Notes: generated by a model from the letters alone, not told the origin. A stretch of 64,000 nt of DNA from Neoconidiobolus thromboides FSU 785 (GCA_025603075.1 MU626276.1:62001-126000); one strand, 5' to 3'; shown: positions 36,969-50,497, counted from the stretch's first letter. Made by a program: numbers and translations.

Positions 36969-39274
36969 TCAATCAACTAAGCTCATATCTGAAACTAATT
37001 CAAGAGGCGCAGAATGTGAAGATCCAGAAGATTGTGGAGCAGAAGATGACATAAGAAGTTGTTCTGTGACTCCTAATAACTCAGTATCAGAATCGAAATT
37101 CTCTGTAGGAGTAGGAGGTCCTGATGAAGACGTTGAAGGAGAAGGAGAAGAGTTTGATGATATATTCGTCCCATTGACTTCGTCAACCTTTAAATTTTCT
37201 TGAGTTTCAACACTTTTATTAACTGGTGCTTTTTGATTTATAATAGCTTTCGGTGTTGGAATTAACTCGTATAATAACATATAAGGATTTGAGCTAAGGA
37301 CATCAAGTATATCCGCTGATAAAACAGATTGGTCAGAAACTTGATACCATTCTGAAGATGATGATTTGAAAATTTCTTCCAAATCTATTTTGTCTGATTT
37401 ATTTACAGTGCTATCTAATTCTCTATCTAATTCATCAATATGTGATAAAGGTTTTCTTCTGTATGTTACAAAATGACCATATGAGTGGGACCCATAATGA
37501 ACTATCACAGCTTGAAGTCTATATAAATTAGATGGTGTTTTTGTGTGCTCTGGGATGGACAGTGGTGATTGTGGGCCAAGCACTAAATGTCCTGTTGTAC
37601 AAAATGGAGAAAGATCAAGGATTTCAGGGAATTTTACATGGCACATATTTTTTGTAACTGAGCCATTTGGAAAATAGGCAGAACGATTGAGGTGCAGGCA
37701 TAATACTGGAGGAGCCTAAAGAGTGGATTAAAAAAAATGAATAGATTAATTACCACGATTTACCTTCGCAAACATAACTTGCTTTGTGCAATGTTTACTT
37801 ACTATCTTTTCAACTTTAATCTCTTTACTCTAAATAAAATTAGCTAAATAAGATTTCTGGCTTTTGAATTTAATTAATAAAAATAAACTTACAAGATTTC
37901 TTTCTATATCATACTTAAGTGCCTCTGTAAGCTCTTGAATTTGGCGCAGCATCGGGGAACTACGATCCTGAATTTTTGCTTCGGCATTTCTATCCTTATG
38001 TTTTACTCCTTTCTGTGAACTCAGAGTAGAGATTGCTTTTGATAGTGTAGCATTCAAAGAGCATTTACGACAAACAACTTCTTGCAATGACTCTATGGTT
38101 ACGTAGGCTAATAAGCATTCCTCTAATGTACAAGAATTCTACATATAATTATTAAAAATGAGCCAATATTACTTCACTGGAGAATCTTATATAAAGTTAG
38201 TGATAAACATAAAAGTACTTACTCTGAAAGGTAAACTTAGCGAAATATTATTAAAAGAAAAATGTCTAATAGCTGCCTATAAAAATGAGTTTTTTTTTAA
38301 ATCCTTAGAACTATAAATTACTGTATATCCGCATTGAACACATGATAATCTACTTGCAAGTAATCCGTTAAGGGGATCTTTTCTTATACTATAAGGAAAT
38401 TTATTGGTGTTTTTATTTGCTTTTAACCTAGTTTGCTTGTCATCAATAAGTGAACGAAGGAGTCCTATATCTAATAATGGGGAGTAACGGTAAGTTTGAA
38501 GTACTACATTATCTTCTTCATTTAAAGAATCAGAAAGTATTTGGAAAAATTCTTGTGCATCCTAACATTTGATTTAAACTAATTATAAAATAAAATTTTA
38601 AATAGCTTTACTTGTTGCTCATACGTAGTAATTCTCATTCTATTACGCAAAGAATTTACGACCTCCGTTGGATAAGCAGCTGCTGGTTTTTCGATTAACC
38701 TTGTTAAAACTATTTGAAATTAATTTTTACGCTATTTGTATTGATTATGACAAATACCAGAAAAGGTAGAATATAGGGCTTCTGTTACTGGAAATTCTTC
38801 TGACTCGAATTCTAGTTTCGTTCCATCGAGCTCTTTAGCTATAATAGGAGAGCTTCGTACATAATTTAAAAGATAAGTTGATGATGAAAGCGCCTAAAAT
38901 CTAATTTAATGAAAAGCTTCAAATTTTTAATAATATTTACTTGAAGCACTGAATTTAAAAAGCAGGTATTTCCTGTGTTTACTAAACCATAAACATAAGT
39001 TACTGGGCCTAATAATTATAAAACAAGATTTTAATTCAAAATGATAAATTTAAATTATATAATTATAATTATATAATTACACTTTACCTTTATGTCCTTT
39101 AATTTTCCTTCGAGATTTTCGGCTTTTCTTTTTAATATCCAAAGTTGGATCTGTATCAGAGAATAAAAAGTTGGGAAGTAAGCTAGGGCATGTTAATGTT
39201 ACCAATGCTAATAAAGAGACCAAACCAACTGCTGTATGCATAATAATTGTTATTATAGTATGAAAATCGAGCAT
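36969..39274 (-). CDS. Ubiquitin-specific protease with N-terminal TM anchor (USP30/Ubp16-like), multi-exon
   Basis: TM segment then basic patch; Cys box GLVNTGNTCFLNSVLQ (~38943-38990); QQ/EQDAQEF; His box VIVHYGSHSYGHFVTY. Confidence 0.85.
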
Positions 39275-40765
39275 ATGTGAATCAGGCTTAAATCATAGAT
39301 ATTATATATCCTTAGGTTGAATTAGATTCTAATCTAAAACTGTAGTTGATTTATATAATCTTTTAAAAGTATTTAAAAGTATTAAGTTTCTGCTTTTTTA
39401 ACTAATGAAATTATGTCAAATCCAATTTCTCCTTTAAAATTCAACATATAAATCATTTTATTACACACAGACTCGAAATCCTGATTCTATTGGATAATTT
39501 TGCTTTGTGTCCAATATGATTTATTTTAAAGATTTGATTAGATTTTAGTTAGTCAAATATTATGTTTATGTTTTAATATGAAATAAAACAACTGTTGTAT
39601 TAAGCTAGCAATACCAAAGCTACAAACTATAGTAAACTATTTATGAGTTTATAGTAAGATATTTATTTACGCATATAATAAGATTAAAAATGAATGCTTC
39701 ATTTTTTATTCAAAATCCTTTTCTATAAGTAACTCGTATACAACATTTTCTGAAATAATTTTTTTGACTTAATCAATTCAAAAAACCAAATAGCTTTAAG
39801 TTCAAATATGCACTGGTTTAATACTGGTTTAATAATAGTATGTATGGTTAGTTGTAGTATTTATAGGTTAAAATTTAAACTAAATTTCTAAATGAATATT
39901 TTAATAGAACGTATCTGACCTTAAAAACTGTTTGGTTTTTTGACTCAATCATTTCAAAAAACGCTATAAGTCAAGAGATAAATATAAATTATTTCATAGA
40001 CGATAAATTGGTTTAAGTTTTAAGTTTCGAATTTTATTAGGCTTAAAAGACGACTTTTGTAATTTCTATAAATTTTACAAATTAAAAAGCAAAGTTTTAG
40101 AATAGGCGCAGCTTAAAAATTTACTTAACCGTCTAAGTACCATAGATGAATAATACTTGTCAAACTTTTATAGATCAAAATTAAACTAATGAGCATTGCT
40201 TGGGTATAATTTCAAAGCAAAGTAAAATAATGACAAACATTGCTCATGATTTAAGTTAAATTAAGTCCTTTGAGTATTGAGTTTCTAAAAACTGATCCCA
40301 ATTGATATAAAGTCGATTAGAAATCATAATCTCCGATAAACACATGATTTTTTGAGACATTCTTTACTCAAGGGGTAAACTTCTTTTATAAAGCTCATAA
40401 GTATTTAAATTATCAGCCAACAATCTAGTTCTTTCTTTACTAATTTTTACTAATTTTCAAGTTTGAGATTAAATGTGTATTGTGTATAATTCTTAAATAC
40501 TTTATTCTATATTTTAGAAATCTGATAGATTTGTAAAAATTACTTTCATTCAAAAATTTTAATGAAAAGCAACAACCAATCAAAATTTTCCTTATTCTAA
40601 TATCCGAAGCAAACTTTACAAGCAATTATCAAATAAAATCCCATAAGCTAGGTCTGATTCGCCAATAAAAATTATGTAAAAGCTATAATAAAGGATAATA
40701 TATGATCAAGAGGAAAATTTTAACTCACCTTTTTATTTAATCAAACTAACTTCGAAAAGATTAAA

Positions 40766-41549
40766 ATGGCAACTGCTAACGCTCCTACTTTCAAATTAGT
40801 ACTTGGTAAGATTAAGTAAGAAATACTTTAAAAATTTGTCTAAATATTTTAGTTGGGGATGGTGGTACTGGTAAGACCACTTTTGTCAAAAGACATTTGA
40901 CTGGTGAATTCGAAAAGAAATACATTGCTACTCTCGGTGTTGAAGTTCATCCTTTATCATTCCATACTAACCTTGGGTTAATTGTTTTCGATACTTGGGA
41001 TACCGCTGGTCAAGAAAAATTCGGTGGTCTCCGTGATGGTTATTAGTAATTTTATTTTATTTTAAATATTGTTAACTTACTAAATTTTTTTAGTATTAAT
41101 GGACAATGTGCTATTATTATGTTTGATGTTACATCTCGTATCACTTATAAGAACGTTCCTAACTGGCATCGTGATTTAACTCGTGTTTGCGATAATGTCC
41201 CAATTGTTCTTTGTGGTAACAAAGTAGATATCAAAGAACGTAAAGTAAAGGCTAAAGTTATCACTTTCCACCGTAAGAAGAATTTACAATATTATGATAT
41301 CTCAGCCAAGAGTAATTATAATTTTGAAAAACCTTTCCTTTGGTTAGCTCGTAAATTAGTAGGGTAAGCCAATTTAATTTAAATTGATGTATTTTTAATT
41401 TTTTTAGCAACAACAATCTTGAATTCGTTGCTGCTCCAGCTCTTGCTCCACCAGAAGTTATCCTTGATGCAGCTGTTGCTCAACAATATGAACAAGAATT
41501 AAAAGAAGCTGCTAATGCTCCTCTCCCAGAAGAAGATGGTGAATTTTAA
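40766..41549 (+). CDS. GSP1: Ran GTPase
   Basis: [44 protein letters not shown], and acidic C-terminal tail. Confidence 0.98.
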
Positions 41550-42156
41550 AATGTTTAAATATATTGATAGCTCTTTAGATAGAACTTATTTTGATTATTC
41601 CTGCTTGATTTAATTCTTATTAAATTTTAATTTTACACATTTCTGGTTCCTTGTATTTGTTTTTCAAAATTTTTATTTTTTTTGGTCATGATTTTTTAAA
41701 ATAAAATTAGCAGTAAAACCCAATATATATTAGATCTTTATAAATGCATTTTAAAGTACGTTTTGTAGTTTAGTGTAATAGATGTCTAAGATAAGTTTAT
41801 ATTTATTCCTATTTTAACTATTTGTTTTATTTAGGGTATAACTATATACAGCTAATTAAATCTATTGACAAAAAGTTAGAAGGAACGTTATGTTGGCAGA
41901 TATATTACTATAGTCATTTATAATATACCCTTTAATATATATACTATTACTATTGCTTTACTACTAACATAATTTTTTGATTTTTTGGAAGTGTGAATAT
42001 ATTGTTTCTTATCTACTTGATATGATTTAATAATTTCAGCTTGATTAATAAACTAGTTATTAATTCATAGGTTATTTTAACACTATTACTGGTTCGATTT
42101 AAATGCTGGTTGGACATTTTGTGCTGTATTTTCTGAATAGAGATAAAGGTCACTAC

Positions 42157-42263
42157 CAGGGGATGTATTTTTGTGTTTAAGAATTTTACTAAGAATTTTT
42201 CCGCTTAAATAGGGCTTAAAAAATGGAGAAAATAATGAAATCAAAAAAAACACTCCCACCATT
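42157..42263 (+). mobile_element. MITE-like element, copy 8
   Basis: CAGGGGATGTATTTTTGTGTTTAAGAATTTTACTAAG...AAAAAAAACACTCCCACCAT. Confidence 0.8.
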
Positions 42264-42849
42264 ATATTTGGGAAGTATGAAATAAAAATGCCCAATTTAC
42301 ATTTAAATTAGATCAGTAGTAATTTTGAAATCAGTATTTTAATAGTTGTGTGTGTTCTTGTCCAAAATACAAATTCGCCTATAAACAAAATCCCTAATCC
42401 TTAACCAATAATATTCATATTATATTAAATTGTTCTATATAGTGAATGTATTTAATTTGAAATGATAATTAATATTATAATTAAGCTCAAGTTAAGTTAC
42501 TTTAAGTGAATAGACTGGGTTATTACTATAACATATTTAATTAAAAATAAAGAATTGAACCTTAATTTACCTATTGAATAATGCATTCTAATGTTTTATA
42601 ATTTGCTTTATATTATTTACCTTATTAAAATTAAGCTAATTATGCTTATTTATTGAGTCTTTTGACAGATCCTTAAATAGCATCCACTTAAATTTATTTG
42701 TGCTGTTCATCCTAAATCCAATTTGCAGCTTAAAGGGGGTAGAAACATAATAAAACATTATTTTTATTTTTGTTTTTTTAATCATTACAAATTCATTTTT
42801 GTTTTTTTTTGATATATTTTAGTTTATTAAAAGTTTATATTATAATTTT

Positions 42850-45068
42850 ATGAGTACTGATTCCATTCCTTCAGACTTAACCCAACGACCTTTTGATGCT
42901 TTTTCCGCTCATGTAAAGTATTTTTTGCTTTTATCTTTATCTTTAGTTAACTGTTATTTTTAAAAGATTTTGGAAAACGACGTGCTATCAAAGCGTTCTT
43001 CTGTTTTAGATGGATCTAAAAGAATGAGTGCTGCACTTACCCCTGTTGATGCGAACAAGAAAATGGGTAGAAGACTTACAATTAGAAATTTTAAGAAGGA
43101 TGAAAAAGATCATTTAATAGATAGATTTAAGAAAGAAAACGAGAAATATATATCGGACAAAATTAACTCTACTGATTTTTTAATTGCACGTTTAGATAAG
43201 ATTGAGGGAAACACAAATGTAGAGGAAAACCAAGATGTTAATAATACTTCTATTCATATGCCAAGTTTAAAATCAGATATTATACCAGAAGAGTTATCTG
43301 CCAATTATGTTCCAACTTCACTCCCAGTTAATCAAGAGCCAGATTTATCTTCTAGTTCAAGTGAAAGTTGTACCAGTTTTTCTCCTGTTACTTCAGAAGA
43401 AGGTAAAGTTAATGACTTAGAAGTGTTACTTTCATCATCTTCGATTTATGATTCCCTTCCAGATTGGGAATTCTGGTGCACCGTAGTTCAGGATTATGCC
43501 GCAGTTGCACGTAGAACACCACATTTATTAAGTGCGAAGATAAGATTAGGTATACCTTCTGTGCTAAGGGGTGCCTTATGGCAAACTATGTCTCAAAGTG
43601 GTTCAACTTATCTCGAGACCCTTTATTATCAAGTTTTAGAAGAAAAGAACTTTTCCTATGAAAAAATTATACTAAGAGACCTTCCACGTACTTTTCCAAG
43701 ATTACCGATGTTTTCAGAAGAATCTGGAACTGGACAAAGACGATTATTCAATGTAATGAAGGCTTATTCACTTTATGATACGGAAGTAGGATACTGCCAA
43801 GGGTTAGGTTTTATGGTTGGGCCTTTATTAATGAATATGCCGGAAGTGGAAGCATTTTGTGTTTTTGTAAGGTTGATGGAAACCTATGATATGAGAACTA
43901 TGTTTACTGTAAAAATGGAAGGACTCAGACTTCGCTTATACCAGCTTGGGTATTTGATTGCAGAAATGATCCCAGAGCTAGCTAACCATTTATCCTCACA
44001 TAATCTAAGTACAGCACTCTATGCCTCACAATGGTTTCTATCTCTTTTTGCATACTCTTTTCCATTGACTTTGGTTCAAAGAATTTTCGATGTAGTTTTT
44101 GCTGAAGGTGCCCCAGAAACAATTATGAGGATAGCTATCGCTTTATTAAAAAAAAATGAACAAAAATTACTTGCTATGGATGAATTTGAAAGCCTTATAT
44201 CTTTTTTGACATCTGCTCAGCTTTTAGAGATTTACGATAATTCAGCTACTAGGCTTATCAATGATGCTATTGCAATTAGCTCTGAAGTTTCCACATCTAA
44301 ATTAAATGAATTAGCTCAAAAATATAGCGAAGAGCCAGATTCATCTACTTTTTGTCAACAAAAAACTTCTTTAAATTCTAAAAGTTCGGGATGGATGCAA
44401 AATATTCTATCATCATTGTATCCTGAAGGTTCTTTTAGGTCTCGTAGTTTAAATCGTAATAATAGTCACGCCAGTATTCTAAGTAACAACGGTAGCGATT
44501 CCCCATCTGCTTTTTTTATGAATCCGGAGCATACTGCTACTATTCCAAGGAGTGCAAATCGTTCCAATTCGGATAATACTATCCCAACAACTGAATTGGA
44601 AGCATTACGCCTTGCAGTCCATGACCTTCAAACTACTTCAGAAACTCATTTGACTGCCCTTACTCAACTAAGACACGATCATTCTGTTTTAAAAAGTGAT
44701 ATGGTTCATCTCAAAGCTGAAAAATATTCTTTACAGGAAGAAAATGAGCTATTGAGGCATGAATTATTGAAAGCACAGAAACAAGGTAAAGAATATCTTT
44801 CACAAGGGAGGCAAGCACTCCTTAGACAACAAGAGCATATTCAATCGGTTGAAAAGCAACTTTTGGAAAGTAATATGCAGTTGAAAGAATTACAAGATGA
44901 GAGGGATAATTTATTAAGAGTCCTTCAAGAATCTAATATTAAAGGTATGCTTTTTATTATAATAAGCTCAACGGTTGTTAATTTATCTAATTTTTAGGTT
45001 ATCCAAATAATAATGTTCAAAATAATTTTACTGGTGCCATACGCAAACTTATAACAAGACAATACTAA
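42850..45068 (+). CDS. TBC-domain Rab GTPase-activating protein (Gyp5/EVI5-like), 3 exons
   Basis: LRGALWQ, ILRDLPRTF (R finger), YCQGLGF (Q finger) and a C-terminal coiled coil; exon 1 is 42850-42912. Confidence 0.9.
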
Positions 45069-45209
45069 CGTTTTGATGCCTCTATTATGATGATTTTTAT
45101 GGTTTTGTTTAAACATATTATTTATTTATAATAATAGTTTTAATACATTATATGTGTACGGTATTTAAGAGCCTAAATTGAGCCCAGTATTTCTATTACA
45201 AAATAATTT

Positions 45210-45307
45210 ATATGAGGATGTATTTTTGTTTAAGAATTTTACTACATCTTTCCACTTAAATAGTGCTTAAAAAATGGAAAAATAATGAAACTAAAACAGC
45301 CCCATAT
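45210..45307 (+). mobile_element. MITE-like element, copy 9
   Basis: ATATGAGGATGTATTTTTGTTTAAGAATTTTACTA...GTGCTTAAAAAATGGAAAAATAATG...CCCCATAT. Confidence 0.8.
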
Positions 45308-45735
45308 CTTAATCTTATTTACTATTGCAAATTTAATAAAACCTATTTGAGTTAAAATTTAAATGAAATTAGTTTTATGAACTCCAATTATAAAATAAAA
45401 TTTATTTTAATTTATTATAACCAAAACTAATATAGTCATCCTTAATTGATTCCTATTATTATTGATATTATATACTATTAATGGCTGCACATTTCGTTTA
45501 TTTTGTATTTCAACTCATCCTCATTTCAACTTATAATAACATACTTCTTTTTTATTTTGATATATAAAACTTAGAACTATTTGGGGGTTTAATGGTAGTA
45601 GTGACTTTACAAAAAAAATTGTACATATATATTTGGATATGCTGCAGTACGATAATATATTTTATTTTGTATAATATTAACATAGTACATTTGTTAAACT
45701 ATAAAATAACCTAATAGAAAATGAAACAATCAATA

Positions 45736-46011
45736 GCCAATAAAATCTCAATTATCCTGACTTTGTTGACGATTTCTCTACACTTGTAGCCATTTTTATT
45801 GGAAAACGCGAATAATAAAACGCGCTAGACATTTCAATAAAAACTAATTTTTTGTAAAAATGAATTGAGATTTCACCAATTAAAAGTCAAAAAAACAATG
45901 ACTTCAAATTGAGATTATTAAAATCCAAATTTCAATTCATTGAGTTTGAAATAAAAAAGGATCAAAAAGAAAATTGATTGGCTTAAGTGAATTCGTAATT
46001 CAACTGAGATT
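45736..46011 (+). promoter_or_regulatory. H2B promoter: two MCB/SCB-like ACGCG sites, CCAAT boxes and four AA(T/C)TGAGATT motifs
   Basis: ACGCGAA at 45806 and ACGCGCT at 45820; AATTGAGATT at 45863, 45907 and reverse 45744; AACTGAGATT at 46002. Confidence 0.45.
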
Positions 46012-46123
46012 TTGATTTTGGATTCGAAATTGAAAAAAAAGTTGATAATCAAGGGTATAAATAAACTAAATTTGAATCTATTTTTTTTAAACTTTTTATT
46101 TACTAAACTTATACATTATTAAA

Positions 46124-46510
46124 ATGCCACCAAAGACTCCAGTTGAAACAAAACCAGCTCCAGCTCCAGTTACTGATAAATCCGAAAAGAAAAGAGGAGC
46201 CGTACCAGGGAAGAAGCGCTCTGCTGCCCGTAAGGAAACTTACGCTACATACATCTACCGTGTATTAAAACAAGTACATGGTGATACTGGTATCTCAACC
46301 AAAGCCATGTCTATCCTTAACTCCTTTGTTAATGATATCTTCGAACGTGTTGCTGGTGAAGCTTCCAAATTAGCTTCTTATAACAAACGTTCAACCATTT
46401 CTTCCCGCGAAATTCAAACTGCTGTCCGTCTTATTCTCCCAGGTGAATTAGCTAAACACGCCGTATCAGAAGGTACCAAAGCTGTTACCAAATACACCAG
46501 CTCTAAATAA
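46124..46510 (+). CDS. HTB1: Histone H2B (intronless)
   Basis: [16 protein letters not shown]...[34 protein letters not shown]. Confidence 0.99.
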   Translation: MPPKTPVETKPAPAPVTDKSEKKRGAVPGKKRSAARKETYATYIYRVLKQVHGDTGISTKAMSILNSFVNDIFERVAGEASKLASYNKRSTISSREIQTAVRLILPGELAKHAVSEGTKAVTKYTSSK

Positions 46511-46752
46511 GCTATTAAATTACATAATTTTATTTAAGATAGGCCTTTATTGTATAAGGTTAGCAATTGTATTTTAATCCTTTATAACTCTTAAGAATGC
46601 AATAAATTAAAAATTAAAACTCAAAGTTTATACCTTGAACTTAATTATTAAAAATATATAATTTCATGCTTTAGATTATTAAAAAACTTTATTAAATGTA
46701 AATTATCCAGCTCACAATACTACTAGAGCAGTGAGAAAAAAGGTATTGACCG

Positions 46753-47724
46753 TTAGTTAAAGAAGGTAGAAAACCAAGGATGTTGTAACGCCTGGGAAGC
46801 GGTTGGTCTAGAAATAGGTTGGTCTACTAAAATTTGGGAAATTAAGTTTAAAGCTAAAGGAGGTAGGTTGTTTTCAATTGTGAAGGTACGAGGTAATTCA
46901 AAATAATTTTTCTTCTCTTTAACAGTATCATAAGGTAAAGGATTCAACTTTGGATACTCACCAGTTAATAATAAAAAGGCAATCACACCAACACTCCAAA
47001 TATCAGCAGCTTGACCATAGCCCTTCTTTTCATGAATTTCTGGTGCAATGGTATTAAATTCTTCTTTAAAATTTTTTTCTTTATTTAATTCTTCATGAAA
47101 CTTATTGCGTAATTTATTGCCCTCATATCCACATAATAATAAAGTAGATTTAGTCTTACGTATTAATAAGGAAGAGATATTTAAATCACCATGAGTTATA
47201 CCATGACTATGCAAGTACTGTAAACCTTCTAATATTTGTTTAATCCAATTAGCTACTATATGTTCATCATAGTAACCTTCCCCTTGTAATATATAATTTG
47301 ATAATGGTTGGATATCGATTGGTACTTCACTTAAAAAGTAAAAATGCTCATCATCTTCATAAATACTTTTTAAATTTAGTAAATGTTTATTACATAATTT
47401 ACGTACGATGGCCACTTGAGTATATAAATCACTTAAGGTAGAAGGAGACTCTTTTTTTTTATAAATTTTTAAAGCATAATGAGGAGGATGGTCTTCAAGA
47501 TGAACTAGATGATTTTGATTTAATCTTTTTATATGTTCCACTAGATGCATTCCGGTTGTTTCTTCAAAACTTAATTTTCTAGTACCTTTTAATACTTCTT
47601 TATCATCACCAATCGTTTGACAGCTTGGTACTATTTTATATCCCCTTTCTAACGGATTATAACTGGATTTAAAAGATGTAGGTAAATCAATGCCAATATA
47701 ATGCAGTACTTTTTTTGCTGTCAT
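46753..47724 (-). CDS. CAMK-like protein kinase fold, probable pseudokinase
   Basis: YALK, LQYLHSHGITHGDL, APE, DIWSVGV and RPTASQALQHPWF are present; DFG, the Gly loop and the alphaC Glu are degenerate. Confidence 0.85.
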   Translation of the reverse strand: MTAKKVLHYIGIDLPTSFKSSYNPLERGYKIVPSCQTIGDDKEVLKGTRKLSFEETTGMHLVEHIKRLNQNHLVHLEDHPPHYALKIYKKKESPSTLSDLYTQVAIVRKLCNKHLLNLKSIYEDDEHFYFLSEVPIDIQPLSNYILQGEGYYDEHIVANWIKQILEGLQYLHSHGITHGDLNISSLLIRKTKSTLLLCGYEGNKLRNKFHEELNKEKNFKEEFNTIAPEIHEKKGYGQAADIWSVGVIAFLLLTGEYPKLNPLPYDTVKEKKNYFELPRTFTIENNLPPLALNLISQILVDQPISRPTASQALQHPWFSTFFN

Positions 47725-48944
47725 TATAATAATAAATAATTAAAAATGCGATGATATCGTTGTATCATTATGCTATTTTATACTATTTGTTTTTTTTTAT
47801 TCTAGACCTTACAATTAATAGATTTTTATGCCTATTGCCCCTTTTCTATAACTTTATAAATTAACTCCTTGAACAAAATATTTATGATTTTTATATATTA
47901 GCCAATGAAATAATCAATATATTTATTAAGTTACCTTAAAGTATATATAATTTGAAGTTTTAAATATAAATTTAACTCTTTTTTGAAATTTACTAGTATT
48001 AAATATCCCTAATAATTCGTTGTGATAAAGTTGGTAAAGCTTAATGCGGGGAAAGTAATAATAATAATATCCAAGTAATGAGCCCCTCGAATTAATATAT
48101 TAAAGTTATTATTTATCAATTAATGGATAAGAGTTGTTTATTTATAAAACTAAATGTAAAACTAAATTATTTTTTTAACAATTTTTATAGTTAAACTTAT
48201 TTGGTATACTTTTAAAACCTAATTAATTAGTATTTGTTTATTAGCCTGGATAATATTTATATGAATTATTTATATTCATTAACTATATAATAATTAGAGT
48301 GTCACTATTTATATATTTAGTTTGATAACTTTTTATTTTTATTTTTATTTTTATTTGTAAATTTTAAATTTTATTTTAATATTTATTTTAAAATGATTTA
48401 ATAAGCATTTAGTATAAATTTTGTATTTGAAATCCAAATACATGTTTTAAATAAAGTTAGTTCATGGATTTCATTCAAAACATCTAAGCTTACCCGTGTT
48501 ATGAATTAATTTTATACTTATTTATAAGTAAAATAAATATTAATTCAATGATTTCAAATTAAATATTTTAATTTCAAAAAAGATAGGACATAAATCTTAT
48601 TTTTAATAAGATTTTTATTATTCAGGGAGCTATTTTTGTTGTCCTTAATTTCCCTTAAGTATCGCTTTATTTCAATTGTTTAGTAATGTTTATATAACAG
48701 TTTTATTAATACCTTCAATGAATGCCTTATAGTGGAGAAACTAATGCTTTGTTATATTAAGAAACACACAATAAATGAAGCATTTATTATGTTTTTAAAA
48801 GTTTTAATTTTAAATTAAACTTTATCACTATTATTTTTATTTAAAAATAGGTTATTTAAATTCCTTTAAAATTCTGCTTTTTTGTATAAAAAAACATATC
48901 TTTGAGATTAAATAAACCCAAACCCTTTCACTCCTTTTTAATTA

Positions 48945-48945
<1 letters not shown>

Positions 48946-48981
<36 letters not shown>
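48946..48981. repeat. (ATT)n microsatellite
   Basis: About 12 perfect ATT units, intergenic. Confidence 0.9.
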
Positions 48982-48983
<2 letters not shown>

Positions 48984-50497
48984 ATGGTACTATTAACTTG
49001 TTTTTTTTGTATACTGTAAAACAATTAGATCTCAAATACTTTTATTATTAAGCGAATCTAGGAGTATAATTTAAATATAAATTTATTAGAATGGATTAAG
49101 GGGGAGTAAAGGGATGGAAGAATATTAGACTATCGGAAGAAAACCCCATTTGAGAGTTACAGCCTCAAATAGAGTAGAATTATACTACATATCATTTTAT
49201 TCTAATTTAAATTCACATAACTAAACTTTAATTATACTTTATAGAAGATAAAAGATAGGATTTTTTTTACATCAGCTTTTATCTCTAACTCACCTGGACT
49301 AAAAATTAAGTTAAAATTCTAATAAAGGTATTCTAATACTATCGTTTTTATAACAAGAACACTAGATTATCTAAAAAATTTCAAGTTATTAGTTCAATTT
49401 GTTTTATAAGTTTATATATTTTATTATTCTTTAAATTGTTAATTTATATTTTTAATTTTTATTAATACTAAATTTAACCTAAATTTTTCTTACAATAGAG
49501 TAGAAAAGAATATTGATCACTAATTGATTTTTCATACCGTTTTAAAATATCTTTGAAATTGAATATCACTTTATCTTAACCTATTTTCAATTTAAATATT
49601 ATATCATCTGCTTAATGAATTGCTTCTAAAAACTCATTCCTCTTTCTTACTCTTACACAAATCTCTATTATAATGACCAAACTCTAGAATATTTGCTTGT
49701 TGTTCATGAAGCTCTTAAAGTGTGATACTATCACTTTGCTAATCACTATCTAAACTTGACACCATATTTAATTGGGGTTATGTAATTGAAAGTTCAATTC
49801 ATACAATGTAACTTATTCAGATTCAAAGTTGGTATTCTTGAATTAGACCTTCTTTCACTAATTGATTAATTTTTCTTTCACTTATTGCTTTACTCTCCAC
49901 TTACTTTTGATTGCTTATTATCAATTTAACAATCATTTCATTTTGATTCTAATAATAAAACACTTAAGAAAAAAGACTATTTACTTAAAGGCTTATTTGT
50001 TATAATAAATCTAAATAGCAATATCTTTTTACTTTCTAAACAAGCTATAATAATTTTGATAAGTTTTTGAATTTTTAAGTTTATTACTACTGATTTTAAT
50101 ACTAAAATACCTTAGCCATATTAAAAAACTACTTTAATTTCCTAGAATCATTTAAATCAGATTATTCAAAGAAATCATGAATTTTGTTTATAAAACATTG
50201 TTAGTTTATTAAGCGCTCTTTTAAATTGATTTGTTTAATGTGTTTTATTAAATTGACTTTCTATTGAACTCATTAATAGATTTAATATCATTTATTAACA
50301 AGTATTTAATATATACTAAGAGTTTACTAATTTATTATTTAAATTCATTTGCATTCTATAAATAATATCATTTATAATTACCTTGAAGATGATTTAAATT
50401 AAAGATAATAAAAAGATGAAAAATAATTTAAATTCTAAACTTTATAAAGAAACAAAAGTTAAGTATTTAAGTTTATCGTTTTAACTTAAAAAGATAT

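Noticed and set aside
8269-40625. Small ORFs at 8269, 13631, 27004, 32809, 34394, 34797, 34924, 35264, 36943 and 40440
   Set aside because: Short, composition-driven or antisense/alternate-frame to supported genes, with no recognisable motifs.
42086-42295. 69-aa minus-strand ORF
   Set aside because: Spans MITE copy 8; spurious.
46540-46563. Metazoan-type histone 3' stem-loop after H2B
   Set aside because: GGCCTTTATTGTATAAGGTT does not fit the 6-bp stem/4-nt loop consensus, and AATAAA-like signals follow.
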